Assembly: GCF_003918875.1 (NCBI RefSeq)
Contig: NW_025767179.1
Span: forward strand, 1,364,001 to 1,428,000
DNA: 64,000 nucleotides
Reading direction: 5' to 3'
Source of the DNA: Haliotis rubra
Taxonomy: Eukaryota
The position numbers and the translations under genes are program-made. The notes below the pieces were generated by a model. It was not told where the DNA came from. It saw only the letters and a list, made by a program, of their open reading frames with translations, and did not search any database. Below are positions 11,663 through 24,331 of this stretch, piece by piece (position 1 is the stretch's first letter; each line of letters opens with the position of its first letter).

Positions 11663-14600
11663 ATGGCACCATTATCATCTGTAAAACAAAGGCTTCAAGA
11701 AAACTTTACATCTGGACGATGGAAGCTATTTTTAACGTTTGGGATCATGGCAGTATCAAACTTGTTTGCCTGGTGTTGCCTTTCTCTTTTACCACCGTTT
11801 TTCCCATTAGAGGTAAGACCACGTAAACGTAATTTGGATTTGTCATGTTTGTAATTTTATGATAAAAAAGGTTTTCATAGTTTGTTAGTTGATTTCTTTG
11901 GTAGGCTATTCATCTATGATCTAATTTCTATGATAGAACTTTAATGATTCTTCTACTATTCTTCTATGATCTAGTGTCATTTTTATAAAAACGTGTTCCA
12001 ACCACATCACGTTTGAATTCAACACGAAATATGAAAAGCTCCTACGTCCCGAGAAAGATATATTGTTTTCATGCAGCTAATTGGATAACACAGGGTCACA
12101 ATTGTTTCTGTGCACATACCTTTGTATATCTTGATATAGACTTGCACTGCACGTTCAACCGACGTCGATATACAACCATCAATACTGTCACGATGAATCC
12201 TCCACTCGTCAACCTGTAAGCTGAATTTCAGTTTCAATCTTTGACGCATTAGTGACAAAAACGATGTCCTGTGCAAATCCCTTCTTTGACATGTACCACA
12301 CGTCCCATATTGTTTCAGATGATCTAGGTGATTAACTAGTCTCTGCATCTGTTTATGATGACTGCCACCGGTAAGGCAGGACACGCTCATCTTTTCCCGA
12401 ACCCCAGACATCACAGTATTACCTATTTGATAGTGGTTCATAAACACAGGCTCGTGATAGTCGGAACTGTACAATAAATTATATAATACAGCACCGACTA
12501 TGTTTTAGTGTATATTCTTGATGACAGGCAGAGAAAAAAGGAGCAAGCTGGACAATCATTGGACTGATAAGTTCCTGTTCTGAGCTGGTCATCTTCCTGG
12601 TGTCGCCGCTGCTCGGAAGTGTGGTAACATGTTTAATTTCTATATCATGTATAAAGTGTATGAGTGGGTGAGCCTTTTTAGACGCCGATTTCGGCAGTGT
12701 TGCAGTAATATCACAGCGTGGTATCTTGATGTGTTATGATGAATGATAGTGATGCAAGCCTGTGGTGTTTACCACTTTGGAGAAGCCACAAGCAAAGACA
12801 TGGTGCTGATAAACCAAGTAACTATGACTATTAGGTTTCTGAGAAGCATTAGTGAGTGAGTGTTACGCCTCTTTTAGCAATATTCCAGCAATTTTTACAG
12901 CGGGGGACACAACCAGAAATTGGCTTCACACGTTATACCCATATGGGAAATCGAATCCGGGTCTTCGGCGTGACGAGCGAACGCTTTAACCACTGGGCTA
13001 CCAAACCGCCCCTGAGACGCATTGATAAGAAATTTGTTCATATTATTAACTTTATTTTTGATAAAGTGACGCTTCGTGCTTAATTTCGTACCGACTTACC
13101 GTGAAAAACTCCTTTATTTAACAACGCGTTGTTTTACATAATATGATGAAACTGTCACAAGCGCGTCACACCATTCGCCGAAGAGGTTCTATGAGGTTAA
13201 ACGTCGGTGAATACTGTTACACATGAAACTGATAGATATGTATGTATAGATGAAACAAACAGTGAGATTGAATAGGTTTTCTGCATAAGAAAAACAGTTA
13301 TTCAGCGTTTATCACGTGTTGCTAGAACATAAGGCTGACTTGACTTCGATATGTTTTGCGTTTATGGAATTATACATGTAGAAACCGGTGAACACACTGT
13401 GTATATCCGCGTATCCGTGACCTACTAACCTTTAGCTTAAACACCCCTGATATCAATATGTGGATGAGTCTTGAAGCCCATTTCTGGTGTCCCCGCCGTG
13501 ATATTGCTGGAATATTGCTAAAAGCGGCGTTAAACCATACCCACTCACTCACTCACAACTACTTCAGATGTCTGTGTCCTGTCCTCGATACTTCTAATAA
13601 CCCTTACGTAAAATACTTTACATACATGTTTAACTATTATGTCTCACAACTACTTCAGATGTCTGCGTCTTGTCCTCGATACTTCTAATAACCCTTAGGT
13701 AAAATACTTTACATACATGTTTAACTATTATATCTCACAACTACTTCAGATGTCTGTGTCCTGTCCTCGATACTTCTAATAACCCTTACGTAAAATACTT
13801 TACATACATGTTTAACTATTATATCTCACAACTACTTCAGATGTCTGTGTCCTGTCCTCGATACTTCTAATAACCCTTACGTAAAATACTTTACATACAT
13901 GTTTAACTATTATATCTCACAACTACTTCAGATGTCTGTGTCCTGTCCTCGATACTTCTAATAACCCTTACGTAAAATACTTTACATACATGTTTAACCA
14001 TTATATCTCACAACTACTTCAGATGTCTGTGTCCTGTCCTCGATACTTCTACGTCTCTGGACTGTGGATAGTCGGCATCAGCATCACGGTGTTTGGGTAG
14101 GAGCATTTCGTGTGTTTTACAGCCAAAACATACACGTCAGATATTATTTTATGCTGCAGCGGTGTTTTCATACTTTTAAGACTGAATATTTCAAGAAACT
14201 ACCATTTCTATATCCAGTGGACTCCATGTACGATTCCGACTGTATCAGAAGCATCTGTTTATGAATAAAGATCCAGTAGTGATGAAACGATGCCCTCCAT
14301 GTAACGCCTTTTGATGCATTAAATGTTGCAACCCTCCGTTGAATGTTGAATTGTGAACATGGGTCGTATTACGATCTTTGAAAGTTTTGGTTTTGTCTCT
14401 GTATCTTGATGAATGACCTTTTTCCGGACATTGTAAACGAATATGTTTTAATAATTAACAATTCACTCCCTTTAAAAGTCTATTCACTCTAATTGTGAAG
14501 GTTCTGAAATAGAAAACGAAGTGAGATCAGATTAACTCTAGATGTTTTACCCATCAACAATTCGTCAATAGGTGGGAATCTAGGTTCAGTCAAGCTTCAA

Positions 14601-17600
14601 ACTTCAAGTACCCGTGAAGATCCGGGTTAGAATACTGATCTTCAGTACCCCATGCTTGTCATAAGAGGCGACTAACGGGATCGGGTGGTCGGGCTCACTG
14701 ACTTGGTTGACACATGTCATCGGTTCCCAATTGCGCAGATCGATGCTCATGCCATTGATCACTGGATTGTCTGGTCCAGACTCGATTATTTACAGACCGC
14801 CGCAATATAGCTGGAATATTGCTGAGTGCAGCGTAAAACTAAACTCACTCACTACAAACTTCAAGCCAATTGAGTACTGCACGATTGATAGAATTAACAA
14901 TCAGTATAAACCAGAAACTTTCGTCGATATTAAGATTGCAAAATTTTGTAATTTTTGCTGTTTAGTTTAGTTAGATCATTTTCTTCTGAAGAGTTTGCAT
15001 GGTTCTGTTGCTATATAGTGACCAATTATTTTAGGTGGATAAACCATGCGCCAGCAGGAACCCCGTTCATTGCTATCTGTTTCGCAGTGAGGGTTGTTGA
15101 AGCATTGGGTACAGCGTCTCTTCTCACAGCCAGCTTCGCCATAGCCACCATCAACTTCCCCGACAATGTGGGGACGGCCTATGTACGTACATCTATGAAA
15201 GTCGATAAAGTATAAGTTTGAGGTGCGTGTAGTGTATTGTGGTTAATGATCTTTGATAACGCATCACTTTTGTCCATACTCAGGGTATCCTGGAGACAGT
15301 GACTGGATGTGGATTCATGCTTGGTCCAGCAATGGGAGGGGGACTCTATGAGGCAAGAACTTAACTTAAAAAGAAGAATGAATAATTTGCTTATTTCACA
15401 ACTAAACAAACCGTGATATTTTGTAAGATGTTCACCGTGTATGTTTTGCTACGTGTCCATTTTCAAATTGAAACAATAGTGAGAGAGTAAGTTTTGTTTT
15501 ACGCCACTTTTAGCAATATTCTAGCAAATTCACGGCGCGGGACAGCAGAAATGGGCTTCACACATTGTACCCATGTGGGGAATCGAACCCGTGTCTTTGG
15601 TGTGACCACTAGGCTACCCCACCGCCCCATTGAAACAATAAGTCAACCTAGAAATCTTAACAAACATGAACCCAGTGTAAAATAAACAATGCAATAAAGA
15701 TGTTTTATAATTAACAAAATTATTACACAATTACATAGATTTACAAATTAATGGCAGCTTACAATAGAGAACAATTACAATAGAAGTATGAAACACAAAA
15801 ATAGTTAGTTATTGCAATTAAAAACGTGGTGACAATACGCAGCTTGCAGCAACAATGGTCAAGGATCCCAAACATGCCTACGTTTGATAATCAGGATGAA
15901 CATATTATCTTCATACAATCGCATGTCTTGATTTAACGTGAGATAATAGAAGCATTCATGTGCCCCCTAACATACATTGTAGTCTCATAACATCATGAAA
16001 TGTCTATACCATGTTGGATAGGTCATTGCTGTTCTTGAAGCATCCATGTTACTCGTGACCCCAAAGAATCTAAATTATTAACTTCCAAGTAATTGTCCTC
16101 TACTGAATCTCAACAGAACAATATATTAGAATTACCAAATTCTTTTACAATACATTTCACTAATACATAACAATACATATGCTTTATTGCAGTGTGTACC
16201 TGTGTATGTATCTTTGCGAAAGTGCATAGTCATTAATTCTACAAAATGATATTTGCCTTTTGTTTATTCATGCGCCCTTACTTCTCATTAGGCAATTATT
16301 TATTATTTTTACTTGTTAAGCATTTAATGTGTTAAAATGGAACAGTAGTATTTGTATTTGCTTTTGGTATGCTATCATTCACATTCCATGACGAAGCATG
16401 GTCTTGTTGGAGTTAGACGACAGAGTAAAACTCCAGTTGTGAATGCTTTTCCTGTTGGCCAACCAAGACATGCCTACATCACGTTGTGATGATTTAATTA
16501 CAAAGGTTTACTTGATATTGTTACTGGTGTGTCTGGTCCAGTGTCAGATATGTACAGAATGTCTCAATACACTGGACAAGTCTTGATACTATTATGCCAT
16601 GCATTGTCAATAAGCACCCTGATACAACGATTGTGTAAAACCGTTTTCTCTGATTTTCAGTGATCCATGCATATCATCTTCACAGCCATTTGCAAATACT
16701 TTTGCTTTTTCTGTCGTTGTGAAATCAAGACTTTATCCCCTTATATGTCTGACAGTATATGTTTTAGCTTGGAGGATACAGCCTTCCGTTTTGGGTTCTT
16801 GGTGGATGCGTCCTAGCCTGTGGAATTCTTTCATTGGCTATCGTTCCATCCCAAACGCGTGAGTTTTAAGAATGCACTTATCCTTTAATGGTAACTTATA
16901 TCAAAGCATAACTTGTTGAACTTATGTGTTTCGGTTTAACTGTGTATATCAAATATATTGAGGCCATTGAAGATCGTGAGTGAGTGAGTTAAAATTTAAA
17001 GTCATTTTGGCAATATTTCAGCCATATCGTGACTAAAACAACATATATATTAACAATAATTAAAGATAGATTATAAAATCCTGTCAACGAAGGACAGTAA
17101 AACAACTAGAATATCACAGATATAAATGTAAAAATAATAATTAAATCTAAAACAGTTTAAATATAGAAATAGGCTATAGATCACCAGCAACTGAAGGAAG
17201 TTCACCATACTAGGGACCATGGGGACTTACAGTACCTTTGCTACCTGCATGGACCCTAGTTGGATTTACACAATCCCTTCAGCCGCTGGCGATTGTAGGA
17301 AAATTTAGCCGGAAGTTAAAAGAACAAATATACAACGATTAAAATGTGGTAAATTAACATTTTACTTTGAAAGTTTTGGGGCTTACGTACCGTCTCAGGA
17401 GGACAATAATTTTACAGTACTTTAACACCCTTTGAGGGTACAGCCACTAACAATCTAAGTTACTCATCTAAACTACCAATAATAAAATACATATCTATTT
17501 ACAAACTATTCATCAAAATTTATCTTGCAACTGTATTTCTTTTAAAAATTCAATGATTAAATTATAATTAACACTAAAAAGATCCTTCACTATTTTGACA

Positions 17601-20600
17601 TTAATTGATGGCAATCACTGCAGATCGAGAAAGTAAAACAAGGTGACACATGCACATTATATACATGAATAACGATTTACGGAACATGTCATACTCAGGT
17701 GAAGTGACAGAGGAAGACAAAGGTAAACGCCAATCCAGCGTGACGTTACTCCGAAGTCCTCTGGTATGGTTTGGTGCTTTTGGTATTGAAAGTGCTCTCA
17801 TCTGTTTCACACTTTGGAACCCTGTTTTTGCTGATTATCTAACCCAGGTTCGTACATGTAGAAGTCCCAACACACCTTCACTATAATTGAAACGCTGTTA
17901 TATAATTGAATACTTTTAATATATTTAAGTTCAACCTAGTTACAGACCACATCGTGAAATGCTTGGGGATTTTTGTATCCTTGTATCTATCATGTGAGAC
18001 GTATGGTTAGATACCTGATCTACTTACATGTATATGTGTGTGCTGTCTGGTGTATTTCACTGAGGAAAAATAAGCATGCCAATACATTCGATTGTGAACC
18101 ACCGCTATGTAATCCCCATACCAATGTCCATATCCAAAGTTATAACCCGTGTTTGTGTAGGCTTCACACACATATTTCACACTCACAAAGAGAAACCCAT
18201 GACCACGTTAAACCTAACTCAGTAACCCTTCAAGTCTTCATGAAAACCGTCTTGTCTGCTTGTGTTTAATATGCGCACTTCCATGTCCACAAATGTTCAC
18301 ATTTCTTCAGTAATGTTTCACTTTTCAGTTCAATCTCAGCCAAGGTGTCATCGCCCTAGTTTTTATCATAGGACCAGGAATCTATTCGTTCACAACGCCT
18401 TTCTGGGGATTGCTGATTGACAAAAAAGTAATTTTGATCTATATCTCCGAGATTAAAGCTAAAACAAAACTTTATTAAACCTAGTAAAGTCGGGGCGTAT
18501 TCCTGTTGCCTAAATATGTCACATATGTTCTATCTCAGGGATAATGTCTTGTATGTTGTCATTCTCTTTATAATAAGACAACGTCTTTACTAAGTTATGG
18601 CACGATCACATTTGTTTTTGCCGATTTTGATATTCTAAGGTGTTTTTTCTCAGAGAGCGTTGCTTTTTTCAGCAGGTACCTGTAACTCCTTTGATTATGG
18701 CGGGTCTGACATGTAGCGGAATTTCATTGCTGTTCTTTGGCCCTGCACCTTTCATTCCAGCTGTTACTCCGTAAGAACAATCACAGACTGACAAGTAATT
18801 TAGAAACCTCCCAACTCCTGGTAACATTCATTGCGTTGTGTAAATTCATCTATGGAGAAGATATACCACCTTTCAAAAGCTTTAAATAAAGTTTAGATAT
18901 ATATGCATATATGATATTTCAACTTGAGACTTGTTAGAAATGCTTATTTTGTAAAATGACCCAACTGTTTCAGATCCTTCTGGCTGACCATCACAACACA
19001 GGCTTCCCTGGCTGTCTCATTGGGACCAGTTATCGTTAGTTCTATGAAGTGCATCGTTATTGGTACAAGGTGAGCTTTGAAAAACCCAGTGCGCAAATCC
19101 TTTGCACAAATTATATATAAACTGCCATGTGATTTGTAATAAAAATATCATGAAATCAACTCAGGTCCAATCCAAATATTCGTCTCCCAGGTTCCCCTTT
19201 ACAAAGGTGACATGATCGAAGAAAGCATTATCATTAATATTACTTGGATAACAAGTCTCTCCAAAGACTGTCAGAAAAGTCACATTATTTAAGAAATACA
19301 GTTCGCCCTACCACCATATGTAATAAAGTACAGTTTTGCCATGAACTATAATTGTTAAAACACGAGGAAGCTTGGTTTTCCTTATTCCATCACACATGGG
19401 GGTATTGAGAACTGTTTCTTTTCAAATATGCTAAATTTAATACATTCGGACGATTAATCTAAGGAACACAAGGTCGGTGACCTAAATTAACAATCCTCTT
19501 CCATGGCTTACTGACGTGCTGGAACAATGCAATATCACAAATGATAAAGATTTCAGGGCGGTTTACCTTTCAGTTCAAAATATTTTCTCTTTATTTTTTT
19601 TTGCAATTACATGGTCTGGTTGGCTAATATTGCCGTGTCGATGTTTAATTGTGAGTCAAGCCGAGTCATTTTCCCTCGACAAATTTAACCATAATGTTTC
19701 CACCAGTGAGTGAGTTAGGATTTCAAGTCACTTCGGCAATATTTCAGCCATATCGTGACTAAACACAAGTTATAATTTCATAATAAATAAAGGTAAGTTA
19801 TAAAACCCTGTCAACGGAGGACAGTAAAATAACTAGTTTATCACAGATTTCAATTTAAAACTAGTAATGAACTCTAAAACATTTTAACTAATATATGACT
19901 ACACAATATAAAAACAGGCTATAGATTGCCAACAGCTGGAGATAGATCACCATACTGGGGACCATAGGGTCCACCAGTGATGTTTGTCGACTGACGCAAC
20001 TAGACACGTGGTGCTAACCGAGTTGGTTAGATTTTGGTAGACGTGGGTAAGCAAGATTTATTTAATTACGAGGGGTTTCTGCTAGAATATCGTAGGGACG
20101 TCAATTCAGTGTGACGTAAAGTAAAAAGTGTATTGTATCGCCTGTCGTTGCCTTTGGTCTCTTATCGAAGCATTTTACAACAGACTATGGTGTACGGGAA
20201 ATGTTGAATAAAACATTGAAGATGATATATTTAGGCCAAATCACATCTTACACGCCAGCTCTATTGATTGTCGCGCGTGTTTGTGTCCCCAAATCACCAA
20301 TCTTACGAATGTAAGTTTAACATGCTAAGTGAGGTTTTTTTGCAAGCGCATAGGTGTTCAAGTGAACGAAGCGTTAACGTGTATTCCTGATCTTCCAGTG
20401 AGTAAAATAGTTTCTAACCTTGACCTTTACGCTTCCAGTGTGTAGAGAGCTAGCTTGGCCTTTAGGTTTTCGTCTCGATTAGCAACTATTGCCTGCAACC
20501 AACATAGTGTGTGCGTCGCTCAAGATGCACGTGTGCCACATCAAATGAGGGCAGTCAGCCTGTGAGACATTGATACATGCCTTTCTTTTTTTCAGGGAGC

Positions 20601-21983
20601 TGGGCTTTGAAGATGACCGAAAAAGTGCCAGTCTTATCTCGGGTATTGTGTGTTCTGCCACCAGTTTAGGGTGAGTGACATCCAGTTCAATCTTCAGTAC
20701 TTTGATGATATTGATTTGTTAAACAGTTCTGTAGACCATGTACACACGCCGCTTCAGTCAGCTAAATGTGCATGCAACAGAGCGTGGAGTCCTCCCACAG
20801 ATGCTATCCTTACCTTGCTGACGGGGTTTAGCTATTTGGCCATGTGGACAAGATGTCCGACTTCGGATCAGAAGGTCAATGGTTCGAATCTCAGTAAGGG
20901 ACTCGGAAATGGTATGGCGCCCAAGGTGAAAATCTTTATATAATTTGAACAAAATAAGCCTTTGCGGCCCAGGACGTAGCGTTTGTTGACAGGGAGAGTA
21001 TGTATCAGGGCGTTGAGTCATCCTTACCATGTCAGCTTGCTGACGGGGTTAACCTCGGAAATGTTATGGCAGCTACATGCATTTCAAATTGTTATTGTTC
21101 AGCATGCTTACTCAAATGCCTCGCTTTTCAACCAGCTCTTGTCTAGAAAAGAACACGAAACGTATTGTAAATAATGTTGCATTCTGTTCGCTCTGTGTTA
21201 GATTATCAGATGTGTTTCAGGACATTTTGTGGTCCCGTGCTTGGTGGAGTGCTGACGGAATATTTTGGATACAAATATGCAATGGCACTAGGCACAATCT
21301 GGATCATGGCGCCCGTGAGGATATATATTTTTGCTGCTATTTTTAACGTGTGCATGTCTGCATTTTCTCTGCATTTTTTTCATAAATAATTAATTCAATC
21401 CCATTGGGGATTTCTCGGGTTTCTCCTTGCACGGTTAATGTTGATTTTGTTGCAATGTGTTACCTTATTTTTAACGCGTCCTTGCGCTATAGATCGCTGC
21501 ACATGACAACAATCACTAGTTTGCTTATATGAAATTTGACTGTTTTAATTTAATAGGGAAATGGCTGGAGTACTGCCTGAAACATTCATTCACTTTCAAA
21601 TTCTTGTTTATTTCCAGGATATATTTACTGATTAACTTATGCAATGCATATTGCTTTGTAAATTCGTTCGCTTAGATCAGTAATGTTTTCTCCGCATGAT
21701 AGGATAGGCTTAAGGCAGACATCGCTAGAATAAATAGAATACAATTTCTTCCATGTTTTCCTGATTTGCAGCAGCGAGAGCCTTCACTCAACTATGTGTT
21801 GCTGTCTTATTGCAGATGGTTTGCTTTACTCCATATCTATGTCTCAGAGAATGGCAACGCCGGTCAGATACAAAGAACAAGCTTAAGGACATATGCCAAC
21901 AAACAGACCAAGAGACAGATGCCCAACCTCCCATGGAACTGGCTACAGTACGAAACCCACTTCTAACCGTCTGGACAGAGTAG
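11663..21983 (+). CDS. SLC18B1: MFS-type transporter SLC18B1-like (vesicular amine/polyamine transporter family) paralog 2, 13 exons, ~467 aa
   Basis: Exons 11663-11812, 12528-12623, 14023-14096, 15035-15182, 15284-15352 (GC donor), 16768-16858, 17699-17847, 18329-18427, 18676-18770, 18974-19069, 20596-20670, 21221-21314 and 21816-21983 join in consistent phase into 1404 nt with no internal stop. Motifs: SLLPPFFPLEAEKKG, RVVEALG, FPDNVGTAYGILE, GFMLGPAMGGGLYELGGYSLPF, PFWGLLIDK, GPAPFIP, GPVLGGVL, C-terminal PLL. Confidence 0.9.
12851..13012 (-). mobile_element. tRNA-derived SINE family 1 copy
   Basis: Reverse complement of the ~165-bp family consensus (A/B-box head, (ACTC)n tail). Confidence 0.8.
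13552..14050 (+). repeat. 91-bp tandem array (~5.5 copies) containing the intron-2 acceptor and first 28 nt of SLC18B1-like exon 3
   Basis: cttcag|ATGTCTG recurs with exon-like starts at 13568, 13659, 13750, 13841, 13932 and 14023 (period 91). The array begins right after a truncated SINE tail at ~13472-13555. Confidence 0.95.
14610..14853 (+). mobile_element. SINE-like family 2, full-length copy with target-site duplication (TSD)
   Basis: Starts ACCCGTGAAGATCCGGGTT and ends ctaaactcactcact. Flanked by the direct repeat caaacttcaag (14598-14608 and 14855-14865). Confidence 0.9.
15481..15628 (-). mobile_element. tRNA-derived SINE family 1 copy (internally deleted)
   Basis: Matches the reverse complement of the family consensus. 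Confidence 0.75.
16977..17500 (-). mobile_element. Interspersed repeat (retroelement 3' end) with (ACTC)n tail; second copy at ~19706-19970
   Basis: Shared blocks ggcaatatttcagccatatcgtgactaaa, ctgtcaacg.aggacagtaaaa and aggctatagat...caccatact.gggaccat occur in both copies. The right boundary is approximate. Confidence 0.65.
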
Positions 21984-22559
21984 CTCAACTGTCAGTTAAA
22001 TCTTATCTAAGTTCCTTGCCTGTGTCTTTGTGTATGTCTATGTGTTCTAATGTTATGTCATTAATTCGTAATGAAACATGGTTTATTTATGCGAAAAACC
22101 TATTTTGCTCTTTTGCGGGTGTTGCACACCCTTATGTTTATTTATATGTCGATCTTACATAAAACGTGTAACAGTACTGATCATGAGATAATCAGTTGGT
22201 ATTTTATGAGCTGTTGGGCACTGTTCAGATATGTTTATTTTCAAAGTTTGTGTTTCACTCTGCTTGTATATTGGTCACAGCTCGTCTTATATACCTATAC
22301 TCAAAGGCAAAAGTTATTGTAAAACGCCAACAACAAACAGAATCAGTGTAAAACATTTACTGCTTTGGAGAAAATGTCATGATTACATGGAAAGACATGG
22401 TGTTTCAATGCATGCTAACGGTCACCAATCCATAAGAACGGTGCACCTAGCACATGAAAATAAACTAAAACACAAGAGTGAGTTAACAAGTCTTGTGCAC
22501 TGATGCTGGTCTGGCACCTTCGTCTCAGTGAGACGACTGAGCGAAATTAAAGGTCATAG

Positions 22560-23150
22560 ATATGTCCGTGTCCGACCAAGGATAGGACGGAGTTCCTGCA
22601 ACGGTGTTGAAGGATTCCGATGATGTCGAAAACGTCGTCCATTTCATCCCAGAAGAGTTCGATGAGTGACACGTTTCCTGAAGACAGCTCGATGAAGAAG
22701 GAAACGTGACTTATCTGCGAAGAGAACTCTTCTCAACGAGTTTTGTCTGCTCCATTGGAGACGTCGGCGTCACCGTCGATTTTCTTGCGTCCAAATTACA
22801 CGTCAACTGTTGCTGGATGGAAGGTTTGCTAGTTGGAAGGTGTGTAATGCTATGGTGCGTAGTTCAAATCAATCGGTCTAACGTAAGTGCCGAATGGTGT
22901 TTCCATGGACGTTGATCCATGAATCGGTGAACAAGATGCGAGCTACCATAGTGAAGCATACCCTTAGCGTTCCATCAGCTGACCGGATGACCCTGAGAAA
23001 AGTAGCGCAGTTTCATTCTGATGGTAAGAAAGTCGGACTCTCCATTGCCGGCGCAGTTTTTCGGTATGGTTCATGGGGTAGCTCCTTGTCAGACACATTG
23101 GGACTTCCAGGTCTGGGGCGATCCTTAACTTAGACCACGTGCTTCCTCAT
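22560..23150 (-). mobile_element. Degenerate Tc1/mariner transposase remnant
   Basis: Minus-strand peptide fragments VKDRPRPGSP (DRPRSGRP-like), VLFADKSRF (FSDESRF-like) and IELFWDEM (IEHLWDEL-like), broken by stops and frameshifts. Confidence 0.7.
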
Positions 23151-23402
23151 AAGTTGACAAATAATGGACAAGTTAGCATGCATGACATCCATGTGTCATA
23201 CATGTCATGCATGCCAATAACTTGCCATTATGTATTTTCTGAAACTCTACGGCTTGCTGCATTAAAAGCGCGTAATTTTTAGATCGTATTTTAGATCATC
23301 GTCTTTCAGACAACTATCATGGGTATGCTGCAACTGTGAAAGTTATACGCCTATGTGCTTAGCGCTTGTCATTGTTCAGATAGAACTGAACTCTTCTGTG
23401 AT

Positions 23403-23570
23403 AGGGACGGTGAGGTAACCTAGTGGTTTAAAGCGTTCGCTCGTCATGCCGAACACCCAGGTTCGATTCCCTAAATGGGTACAATGGATGAACGCCCAAT
23501 TTCTGGTATCAGGCATAGTGATATTGCTGGAATATTGCTAAAACCGGTGTAAAATTAAATTCACTCACCC
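23403..23570 (+). mobile_element. tRNA-derived SINE family 1 copy
   Basis: cctagtggtttaaagcgttcgctcgtca...ggttcgattccc...gatattgctggaatattgctaaaa. Confidence 0.75.
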
Positions 23571-24331
23571 ACGTCTGTGATATCATTCACTGTCATTATA
23601 GGGAAGGTAAAATTACCGAAAAGTTCGAAAATTAACATTTACCAGACTGAAACGTTGGAGATGACCATGCAGATGCTAAGAATGTTTTGGAAACTACGGA
23701 AACACGAATGTTTCTTATTACTTACAGGCTGAATCCATGTACACACTATCTCTGTATCAATGAGAGTGTGCGTAAAATCCCATGTACCCAGGTCAGTAGC
23801 AGTTGGTCTCTGGTAGTGGTGTTACACCTCAACGATATTCTTGTACACATTTGGTATTTTCCTTTATCTGAAGGGTTGTGAATGAAAGGACGAACGATCA
23901 ATCTATCCTGCTGCATACAGTTTCAGTGATAATACATTGATTGAGACTGATCGATTGACTGATCGAAATTAGCAGCAATTAGGTCATATTTTAAGGGGGG
24001 AAACTCCTGGTGGTAAAAGCGTCCACTTGTCAAGCCGAAGACTAGGTTCGATTCCCCACAAGGATACAATGTGTGAATCCCGTCACTCACTCACTCACTC
24101 ACTCACTCACTCGGATACTGGTTGAATTGGATGTATAATGTAACGTATAATACAACATGAAGGAACATGGATAATCACCATGTTTGTTTATTTCGAGGAA
24201 ACGTTTTGCACACACTTTGCCCAGTCAAACCAAACTAAACTTGAAACAAAATTAATTCTTAGCTATAAACGTTTCTAATCCAGTTAGGTTCCACAATCGT
24301 TAATGAGTAATGGACATACTGATGTTTACAA

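Noticed and set aside
13552-14050. CRISPR-like repeat-spacer array
   Set aside because: The whole 91-bp unit repeats nearly identically; there are no variable spacers.
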